Below the pieces are notes generated by a model. That model was not told the origin of the DNA. It worked only from the letters and a program-made list of their open reading frames with translations, and did not search any database. Shown one piece after another: positions 11,019 through 21,518 of a DNA stretch of 64,000 bases; the stretch's first letter is position 1; each line of letters starts with the position of its first letter. The position numbers and the translations under genes were made by a program. The DNA comes from Octopus sinensis (lineage: Eukaryota): contig NC_042997.1 in the NCBI RefSeq assembly GCF_006345805.1, positions 78,182,001 to 78,246,000 of the forward strand. The letters run 5' to 3'.

Positions 11019-11310
11019 GTAGACATTCATTCATGGATAAATATGATGTAGAATACCCAGGCTTTTGATGCTATCTGTCACAAACACCCAAGATTTATAA
11101 GAAATGGTTCAACTTAACTTTGAATGAAATGGGGTTTTTATTCAAAGTTATTTGAGTAAAGGTATTTTGCTAAAAGAATTAGTTGTATACGTGAACAGAA
11201 AATCGAGACCTGCTCATGGAATCAGCTTGCTGTTACCATGAGAAAATATAAGATTATATTTTCATCCGAGATTTAAATATGATTCAATATTTTTTACATC
11301 AACTCAAACG

Positions 11311-11602
11311 TTCACCTGGTACATATTTTATCGACCCCGAAAGTATGCAAGACAAAGTCGACCTCGGCGAAATTTTTTAATGTTAATATTAAGTGTTGAT
11401 TAAGGCAGCTAGCTGGCAGTTTCGTTAGCATGCTGGACAAAATGTTTGGCAAAATTTTAACTGAACTGAATTGAAATTTCGATTTGCCTTTCATCCTTTC
11501 GGGGGTCGATAAAATAAGTACCAGTTGAGTACTGGGGTCGATATAATCGACTCACTCACTCCCCCGAACTTGCTGGTCCTGTGCCAAAATTTGAAACCAA
11601 TA
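11311..11602. mobile_element. Two SINE-B copies in divergent orientation (minus 11311-11378, plus 11398-11602)
   Basis: Core atcgaccccgaaag on the minus copy and tttcgggggtcgataaaataagtacc on the plus copy. Confidence 0.75.
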
Positions 11603-12398
11603 TTACGTTTTGATGAGTCTAATCTCCAGTGGATCCACTTTGGTTATTATCTGCAGGGGATAAAACACGGATTGACTATTCCTGAATGTTTATAACAATG
11701 AAGCTTTTTAAAAACTTTATTATATTAGTCAAGCAGAGAGGGCAACAAAAATTATTTTCCCTTATTCAATGCTACAGTAATTATATAACTTCATTTTCTG
11801 CTTTTATAACCTAACATTTTATTTTTAATACTCTATTACTTAACAGTAACTGAATAAATTGATATGTACAAATATTTTCTAAATTATTTTGTGGTTTTAT
11901 TTTTTTAGGCCTTTCTTCAAACATAAACGACATTCTCACAAATCACGCTAAACAGACAACAGTCGACAGATATTTAAAAAAAAAAAACGAAAACAAAAAC
12001 AAAACAAAATCGGCAAATTAAAACCAGCTAAAATTTTCTACGAAAAATGCTAAGAAGATTGAGATAAAAATCTGTAAAAGACAAAAAGGGAAGAACAATA
12101 AAATCTAACTAGAAGATTTGTAACCTCTAACGTATTCATCTTTCATTAGTCACAGAGCACAACTGGCTCAAGGCTAAGGATATTTCATATTGTAGTATTT
12201 ATTGCATGCTGTTTTGATCCATTTTCCGAGAATTCCAGTTTCTTAGAAATAAATTTGCTATGCCTGAAGCTGAAGATGTGGTTGGTTCAGCTGCATAATA
12301 CGTAACTTTCTCTCTGGTGTGTACATATTTTGCACGTACATATATACTTACGTATGTGCAAGCTCTCTTAGATCTGTGATAACAATATCACATCTCAC

Positions 12399-12447
12399 CT
12401 AGAAGTATACGCCTTCGCAATTTATGTGCAGCCATTTTCTGCATCAT
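12399..12447 (-). CDS. Candidate first coding exon of the speculative spliced gene
   Basis: ATG at 12447 gives MMQKMAAHKLRRRILL, then donor CTAG|gtgaga in phase 1, matching the exon at 10408-10467. Confidence 0.3.
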
Positions 12448-12699
12448 GTTTTTTAAGAAACTTCAGAGTAACTCTACATGGAATTGGTTTTAGAGACAGA
12501 TATGATGGTAAATTGTTCAGGCTTCGTAGATTGAAAGCCACGTCATAATGGATATTTTATAGTATCTAAACAGCACTCTGCTGTTCAGTATTACAATTTC
12601 GTTCTTTAATATTTTCATTTTACCACCTAAATTTTATAAAGTAAAAAGTTCTCACATTCATGGGGCATACGGAACCAAGAAGTGATCAGGCAAGTGGAG

Positions 12700-12980
12700 T
12701 TGGATAGCAAAGCTAGTGAAATGGATGAAAATAGATGAAAAAAGCGAGCAGGTTTGTCCTTGACACTTCAAAGAGAAGTAAGGCGTAACGATAACAACAG
12801 TCGCCTCACACTGTGTCCAATAAATCCTCTACATCCGACTTCGACTGGAAAATGCTCCACTTTCCAGCCTGCTTCTTCACATTCTTCGAGGAGGTTTACA
12901 TAACGGCCAGTCTTTCGAGCCCAAGCGGCGTCCGTATTATCTGCACGGGGAACCGTCAACTCGACTAGATTCACCACTTT
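12700..12980 (-). mobile_element. HERO-clade non-LTR retrotransposon 3' fragment (RLE domain)
   Basis: VELTVPRADN...ARKTGRYVNLLEECEEAGWKVEHFPVEVGCRGF is the typical HERO RLE C-terminus. Confidence 0.8.
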
Positions 12981-15374
12981 CTTTCACACCACATTAAGAT
13001 TCGAATTTCATTCATCCGGCTTCGGTAGACTATATTAGTTACTATAACCGACTACATAATGTGTCTGGGTTAGAAATCTAAGTCTTTTCGCTAATTGCTT
13101 AAACTTTCTATGATCACTAAATATAAGCAAATAAAGAAATATTATTTTTATATATTTTTAATATTCTCAAAATGGATCAATATTTGTGTTGCAAGCCAAA
13201 TCAATTTTTAAAAAATATATTGGAGACGTGAAGCCTAAGAGTTGCTAGAAATACTACAGTGCCGAACTGCGTTGCAGTTTTTAATTTCATATTTCTGTCT
13301 TCTAATTCAAACAACACCAAGAGTTGACTTTGTAGGGTGTTATGTATATGTGAGACAGTTTCCTTCTGTAAAATATCACTATAATCGGTAAAAAGAATGA
13401 CCATAATTGAAGAACTTCAGACAACATTCATCTTTGTGAAGTTGTGAGTAGGTATAATATCAGCCATTACGGGATTTAGCTGCGTCGTCTTAAGTTCTGA
13501 TTTCGAACTCCACTCTGCTTAGTTTTGATTTTTGTCCTACGTAGATCGATAAGCTAAGGATCGGTCATATACTACAGTTGCACCTAAATTCTGTGTTCCT
13601 GTACTTATGTTATAAATCTATATATAGTATTGCTCTGCTCATTTTCAAGATAAAAATTTCATTTTGTATTTAAAACCCTAACAAATAATTTAACATATAT
13701 ACAGTACAATGAAAGATGCGGACACATAGAGGTTAATATTGTTAAGTTATTAAACCTGGAAAAGTACAGGACAAGTTATTACACCTAGAAAAGTACAGGA
13801 TAAGCATATTTATGCTTAAAATATTGAAGCTATAGTTGACATTTAAAAACATATTTAGATTTAAAAACATATTTAGATTTAAAAACTAAAAATAATAGCT
13901 TTTATTAGCTACGCTATAATTGAAATATCAACTCAAATAATAAATTGAAGGCTAAATGTTAGCAAAAAATACAAAAAAAACCCCATTAAAATGTTTTTTC
14001 AATTACATGTTTTTAAGAACTTCTAAAAGTTCTTAAGTAGTATTCAAATGAAATTCCTTTTTTGCTCCATCTTTTTGATAAAAATTGGCACACTATAATT
14101 TATGGACAGACACCACAGGGCTAGTCTTCCGGAAATTTAAAAAAGGAACGATCAATTGATACCTTTATGGTAGGTTTGAGGCTCAGGAGAAGGCACAGGG
14201 ATATTTTCCGGAGAGGGTTGTACTCTTGCTAATTAAATTTTTTGCTTGTGAGGGTCGGGTGGGGTGAGAGTAGGGGTTATTGGTGGGCGGGGTGTAGTAT
14301 ACTATATGAAAAATAGGAGCTACATAGCGCATATAGAATAAAATGCCGAGGAGGTAAATCCCTCAATATACCCACTCTGTACATGTATGGGAGTATTTAA
14401 AAACTGATAAGAAATAAATTATGGTATAATTGTCAAACAGAGCTTTTTTGATTAGGAGGTTTTTATTTACTTAAATTCAGAAAATTGACTCAAAAACGAA
14501 ATTAAAGCTTATTTCTGCAATAAAGCCGAGATCGAATATATTTTGCCTAAATCTTGATGTATTAATATATATATACAGTAACATATCTGAATTAAAGAAA
14601 AAAGAGAGAATATTAAAAATAAAGTTAAAAGAGAAAAAGAGTAAAGTTTACTGTGATGCAAGGGAGACAACTGTGTATATTTTATGTATAATAGTTTATA
14701 TATATATATATTATATATATATAACTTATATAATTCTAGCGTCACTTTTTTGTCACTTTTTACCTCAACATTTTTCTGCAAAATTTTATTGCATAAAATT
14801 AGCATTTTTAGATTCCGCTCGTTTTGTTTTATCATTCGAGCTTAAAATATAGATTGCTTCTAAATTAAGAATTTTTTTTTTTTGAAGTCAAAGTCAATTG
14901 GAGGCGTCACTCACTCTCTTTTTGGCACTTCTGGCTTTACAACTTCTTTTGATAAAAATTGACAGTTTTAGACTCCCCTCGATTCGTTCTATCATTTAAG
15001 TTTAAATAAAATATAATTTGCTTTTAAAATAAGAAATTTACTTTGATTTTTCGCCTTACTCTCCCCTGTTGGACCTTATATATTTTAATGTAACTTTTTC
15101 ACCACTTAACCAAATTTCGCTATTTTTATGTCAAAATGTAGCTTGGGAGATGACTATTAAAGAACCGTTAACAGTTTTGAGAAATGAGTTAGCGACAAAG
15201 CTTTGAAGAGGTTGCGAGTGAGTAAATGTCGACCTTAATATCATTTAGCCACTACCATGGTTCAATGATACACGTAAGTGGATGCCAACAGCTTATATGT
15301 AAGAAGTAAAACATGCCAGTTTTTTTAATTGAACATGCATCTCCCTTTCGAGGTCTTTCTAATACTGGTTCCAA

Positions 15375-15583
15375 ATTTTGACATAAGGCCAGTAATTTCG
15401 AGAGAGAGAAAGAGTCTGTTATATCGATCCCGATACTCAACTGGTAGTTATTTTATCGACCCCGAAAGCATAAAAGGCGAAGTCGACTACGGCGGAATTT
15501 GAGCTCAAAACATGAAGACGGACGAAATGTCAGTAAGTATTTTGTCCGTCGTGTTAACGATTGTGCATGCTCGCCGCCTTAAA
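15375..15583 (-). mobile_element. SINE family B (tail type 2)
   Basis: ttttatcgaccccgaaag...gtcgactacggcggaatttgagctc, the reverse complement of the SINE-B body. Confidence 0.8.
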
Positions 15584-17419
15584 TATTTTTAATATACCTC
15601 TCATTTTATATTCCTCATTATTCCTACTTGATTAGATTGTGAAATATCTTTTTTATATCATAACGCAAATATTATATATGCATACACACACATACACACC
15701 TCTATACATTTATCTCTATATGTGGGGATTCTGAACGAAGGCGTTGTAAGACAGCTTTGAGAATGATAGAATCCTAGTTCTTGTCAGAACATCTGTTTGA
15801 GTTTTAAGCCGAGTTTCTCATACTGGGACGTGGTTCATTTCAAACTGGTGCATGGATAGGCAAGTGAATGAAACTTACAATATATGGGCGCATGTTCTTT
15901 TAGGGAAAACCGGAGTGGCACGTGAGGCAATAAGGTTGAGAAACAGTGGTTTACAAGTATGATGTACTGATGCAAAATTTGAGAATCGTTCAGTTTTTAG
16001 ACGTCTCAACCAGTGCTTGGGCCACCGAGGGAAAAGGTCTAATGTCTAAAAAGTAAATATATTCCTGTGTACGCTTTACTTATAATATTTAATTTCCCGA
16101 ACAGAATCTTCTTAGAACAACAGAAAGACTACGCACATTTTAAAAGTGATCCTTGTCTTTGCGATAGTCGGTTTATGCGCAACTGCGACTAAAAAATACC
16201 GTCATTTCTATAATTTCCTTGCTGGTAAAAGCAAATAGGCTGTATTTGTAACATCTTTCTACTTACCAGCGTGGCATTTTCTCCGTTGCTGCTGCTTTTT
16301 AAGAAATGCCATCGGTGTGTAAGAAGTGTTTGCACTCGGACACTAGTTGATTTCCACTATATCTATCTCTAATTATGTGTACATGTGTCTCTGTGTGTAT
16401 GTGTGCATTTATGTATGCATTTATGAGAGTTGAATTATTAATATCTGAGATTCTCATCTTCGATGCGAGAATTTACAATAACATCTACTCGCTTAATGTA
16501 TATGGAAACCGCATGTCAATTGAGTGTGTGCCATAGGTTATAGAAAGGTAATGGATGAAGTACTTGTGTTATACAGAAGAAGGTGGAGGGTGATTGGCAG
16601 AGATTAAAACTATTAGATCGTTTGAATTTGAAATGTCAAGGATGTTGTCGCCATGTAGTTATGAATTCAATGTTTATTTGGTATGTTTCCGGTTCGTTGA
16701 AGAAAACATTATGGAATATTATTATGTACTACAACGGAAACTTTCTTCTCAAAATAGTTCTTGCAAGTCGATTTTATTTAACATGGCAACTATACATAAA
16801 CTAAAAAATATGAAGAAATATATTTCATTGTTACACAGGAGAAAACATTTATTGTAAATGGACCTCCATCAATTTAAACGATAAGTATTCCAAATGTTCA
16901 ATCAACTGAAATAGCTTCTCATTGAATTGTAAGTAACTGAGTATTCTGCAGGAATACTTTTGTTTTTGCTGTGGTTGTTTTCGTGGCTTTGTCTTTATCT
17001 ATTATTGTTTCTGATGTTCTGGTTAGTGCTTTGTTGTTGCTCTGGTAATTGTAGTTTTGCTAGTTTTTGTTTTGTTGTTATGTTATGACGGTTGTAGTTG
17101 GTAACGGGCGACTGGCTTGCATGCTCTTTAGCGGCATGTTGACCATTCCAGCGTTTTTTTCATGTTGTAGTAAGGATGAATGTTAACCGTTTTCTCCTTT
17201 CACCACCCCACGACCAGAGTTTACCCTAATCTAATTCCTTTTTCTACCTAATCCCTTTTTTATCCATTTCATGAAAATGCGGAGAAATCGAAGAAAAAGC
17301 CTGGTTGCTGCTTGTGTTGAATAGGTGTTGTTTATAGAGGAAAGACACTCTACTGTCCAAGGCACCGACACTCAGCATTAATTTCAGTGTTTGTTGCTTC
17401 TACAGTCTTCCAATGCTAG

Positions 17420-19372
17420 TGTTGGTTGTGACTGCTATTGCAGTTCATGTTGCTGTTCTCATAGTGTCGACAGCAAAACGAGTCCATATTGACTTCACTT
17501 TTGTTGTTACCTTTCAAGAGATCCTTGAGGCATAAGAGCTTTCGTCCACTTGTCATACAGGTAGGGACATGACCACGCTCCAGGCATTCATCCAGCTGTG
17601 CAGCGATCCTTTCATGCAACTATATCAAGTTCTTCAGCCAATAACCTTGTATTATATCCTGGCTAGGTCCTTTCCAATTTACTATTTTTTAAAGTTCAGT
17701 CTCACTGTATATAGATCGCATCTGACATCCTTTTGTGTTAGCACAGTGCAAGTTACCTCTTTACCTGAGTTAGCCACTCCGCACTTTATGTCTCACTGAC
17801 CTGTTCTACAGTTCTCCCCGAAATATTTTGCTTTCTTTTGCATCAGGAATCAGTTCCTAATGTTGGTCCCCCTCTATTTCCTCAAACAGACGCCTTCTAT
17901 TTGATTGGAACAGTCTATTCTGTTCTTAACTTTTGCAACTAGCATCATATCTTTCTTGTTTGGCCTTTAACGCTGTCACCCTTAGTAACAGTTCTTCATG
18001 TACTATTTGCGTTCTCCTTTCTTCTAACCCATACTATTCATTCAATTTTCGGATTACTATCTCATTTTTGAGCTCTCCTCTCATTATCCTATTCAATTTC
18101 CCCAGTTCTTTCTGTGTCTTTTCCAACTTCATTCGTATTCTCTTCTTCCAGTTTGGTACTTTTGTTTTTCATTTCCTTTCATTTCTTCAGTTTTCCGCTT
18201 GTAATCCTACTGTGTCGGCTACAGCATTAGCAGCATCTATGATTTGCTGGTTTCTTTCACTAATGTTTTCTGTTCTTTTCAAGCTCAAAATGTCATTTAC
18301 ATTGCCTTTGACTCTCCTTACTTTCCTTCTGTCCATGTATCTTACATTTGGTGGTTCTTCATTGTTCCCATCCCACATTTTACCACGCAACATTTCTAAA
18401 ATCTTCTTGTCTTCGTAATTCAAGTCATGTGCAGCATTTACGGTCACTTGTCCATCTAGATCATCTTCACTATTTACTTCATCAGTAATTTCAGACACAT
18501 AATGATTTCCATTTTTATCTCTTTTTCATATGCCACTTTCTGCTACTGCTCATTTTTTATTCTTCAAAAGATTTTTCAACCTCTAATCAAGTCGTTCACA
18601 CGAATTGCTCTTGCTCGATTTCTCAGTAGCTGAGCAGATACTTCAAAATCTCCATTTTCATCCCATATGCTTTTCATTCGTTCCATGAGACCTCTTTTAT
18701 TTGGCTCACTTCTTATCTAGCGTTCAATTACAATTTTTTTTACCTATTTCACTTTTTTCTCTTTTGCACTTTTGACTTCGATTCTGGTCTTGATAAATGG
18801 TTTGATGACGACCTACCGGAGCTTTATCAGACACTCCTTGTCTGCCGTGTGCGACACCCTCACTGTTAACAGTTCCGATCCCGTTAGCGCAGTCGTGATT
18901 ATTATTTGACTTTGACATCACTCATTTAGCGGTAGCATTTGTAACGTTGTGCAATCACCAGTATTTTTATCGTGACACCATCACGAGAGAATTGCTACCG
19001 AAGGTTCAAAGAGTCCATACTTACCCTTGTAATAATTTTTTTCAGTTCCAGCTTCATTCATGCCGTTTTTTAATACCTTGTATTTGACATTTTCACTCAT
19101 GCAGATTCTGGTGATAAGGGTACAGAATCACCAGTGTTTTTATTGAGACACCATCTCTAGAGGGGTTGTCGACCAAAACTAAAGGGGCACCTTCATCCCA
19201 TGAGAGAGACTGAACTCCGCTGGACGCCAAACTGGTATTTCAAGGTCTCGGGGTGGGCTTACAGATACTACACCTTACCCAACGGTTAGCTGAGTGTAGT
19301 TGTGGTTAAGGGTAACCTTAATTATCTCACATCGAGACATTGCAACCTGATGAAGTTTCATGCCATACCCAG
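17420..19372 (-). mobile_element. R4/Dong-clade retrotransposon, 5' UTR plus N-terminal half, truncated in RT
   Basis: The minus strand encodes GRQGVSDKAPVGRHQ, EPPNVRYMDRRKV, NAVADTVGL and HERIAAQLDECLERGHVPTCMTSGR; many stops. Confidence 0.8.
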
Positions 19373-19405
19373 GCGTATATTATCATCATCATCATCATCA
19401 TTATT

Positions 19406-21248
19406 GTGTGAGAGAACAGTGCAAGCCATTAAAGCGACACTGGGGTACAAATTACGAAGCCCAATATACTCATCATGACTACCTGTTTAAAGGTATACCA
19501 GGCACATGCATCACAACCATATGTGCGCGACATGGTGATCACATATCTAGATAAACAGCGCATGACCTTGCAGCGCATGACCTTGCAGCGCATGACCTTG
19601 CAGGTGGGGCCCAGTTAGAATTTTCTTCAGGCCGAGTAGCCCATCTCGCTCAAAAAGTCCCTGAATAAGGTTTGTTTAGGATGATGAATGAACCACCTAT
19701 GTTTCCAGAGGTGAATTATTCAAACCCCAAAGAATTCCTCTCAGTACATGGCTATGATGCTCCCCAACTACTTCTGCACGTGATCAGAGATGCACGTACC
19801 GTCAGCCATTAAGGGACATGTTCAACTGATTAAGGTCATTCAACTGACAACCCAATCCGTGGTATTGAGCAGAATATTTGTTGTAGACCATCTTTAACAT
19901 GAAGACAAAACATGTACGAGGGGCGTTCAATAAGTAATGCCCCTGACCCACTTCCCATAACAGTAGAGCAACGACACTTGGCACAGTTATTAGTCTTTTC
20001 CTACATAGGAACTACCCAGAGTTATGCATTTCTGCCATTGTTTGATACAGATAGGAGACCGTTTTTGTAGAAGACCCCAGCTTGGTCCTCCAACCACGAC
20101 GTGACTTCAGAAATCAAGGCTGCATCATCTGGGAAACGCTTTCCTTTCAAAATCAACTTCATGGCTGGGAAGAGGTGAAAATCAGAGGGTGCATGGGGAG
20201 GAGTTCATAGCCGCACGCCTGTGCTTCTGATCTGGCGACACGCGAGTTGTGGACCGGAGCGTTGTCCTGCAGGAGGAGGATGCCTTTGCTGATCTTGCCC
20301 CGCCTCTTGATTTTGATAGCTTCTCTTAATTTCCTCAAAAGTGAAGCATAATAGGCTCCTGTAATTGTGGTACCCTTTGCCAGGAAATCTGTCATCACTA
20401 CTCCGTCCTGGTCCCAGAAAACTGTGAGCATAACCTTGTCAGCGGAGGGCTGCGCCCTTGCCTTCTTTGGAGGAGGTGAGTCACGGTGCTTCCACTGCAT
20501 TGACTGGGCTTTGGTCTATGGATCATAGTGATGGACCCAGGTTTATCCTGTGTGATCAGTCTTTTGAAAAATTTCGACTCATCTTCTTGGCACATCTCCA
20601 AATTCGTCCTCGAGCACTCAACGCGTTCTTGCTTCTGGAAAGGTGTGAGCAACCTGGGAATCCATCTGGCAGACACCTTTTGCATATGCAAATGGTCATG
20701 AATGATAGTTTCCACAGACCCGGTACTAATCTTGACCTTATGGGCTATTTGGCGAATAGTTATGCGTTGACCTTCCAAAATGGCAGCCTCAACTTGACGG
20801 ACAGACGTCTCATCAACGGCAGAAGGGGGCGACCAGATCTGGGAGCTGTTTCCACAGAGTTCCGACTATGTTTGAATTCACAATGCCAGCGTTTTACAAG
20901 GTCATATGATGGGGCATCATCACCATAAGATACTTTCATTTCATCAAAAGTCTCCCGTGGTGTGCGTCCTTTCAAATACAAAAACCAGATCACTGCTCGA
21001 CACTCAACAGGCTCCATTTCACACTTGACTCAGTTCAAACACCTGTAAATCAGAAACCACAATTAGTTCAGAGCTGTAATTTGCCACTTAATCCATAGAG
21101 GTATAAATAAGTGCACATGCAAAATAGATCAAACAACTACAAGTGGGTCAGGGGCATTACTTATTGAAAGCCCCTCGTACATGATAGCACTTCGAGTTAG
21201 TTAAGATGAAAAGCCATTCGAGTCACTGCCTGGTACTGCATCAGGGCA
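19406..21248 (-). mobile_element. ~555-bp non-coding element X (copy 1), interrupted by a mariner
   Basis: Colinear over its whole length with 54205-54759; both ends abut (AAT)/(GAT) tracts. Confidence 0.85.
19917..21177 (-). mobile_element. Mariner (irritans/Himar1-like) element, both TIRs intact, TA TSD, frameshifted transposase
   Basis: TIRs cgaggggcgttcaataagtaatgcccctgacccactt and aagtgggtcaggggcattacttattgaaagcccctcg; TA at 19915-16 and 21178-79; WIPRLLT, ITQD and QDNAPVH motifs. Confidence 0.95.
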
Positions 21249-21367
21249 TATTATTATTATTGTTGTTGTTGTTGTTGTTGTGTTGTTGTTGTTCTTCTTC
21301 TTCTTCTTCTTCTTCTCTTCTTCTTCTTCTTCTTCTTCTTCTTCTTCTTCTTCTCTTCTTCTTCTTC

Positions 21368-21419
<52 letters not shown>

Positions 21420-21437
21420 TACTACTACTACTACTAC

Positions 21438-21516
<79 letters not shown>

Positions 21517-21518
21517 TT
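21249..21518. repeat. Compound trinucleotide microsatellite (TAT)(TGT)(TCT)(TAT)(TAC)(TAT)
   Basis: Seen directly; it is the tail of the adjacent R4 element. Confidence 0.95.

Noticed and set aside
13740-13890. Short tandem duplications (about 27 bp aagttatt..cct.gaaaagtacagga twice; 18 bp ttaaaaacatatttagat twice)
   Set aside because: Ordinary slippage duplications with no further structure.
19556-19600. Short direct repeats as a possible CRISPR array
   Set aside because: No spacers, 15-bp contiguous units and a eukaryotic context; no repeat-spacer array exists anywhere in the window.
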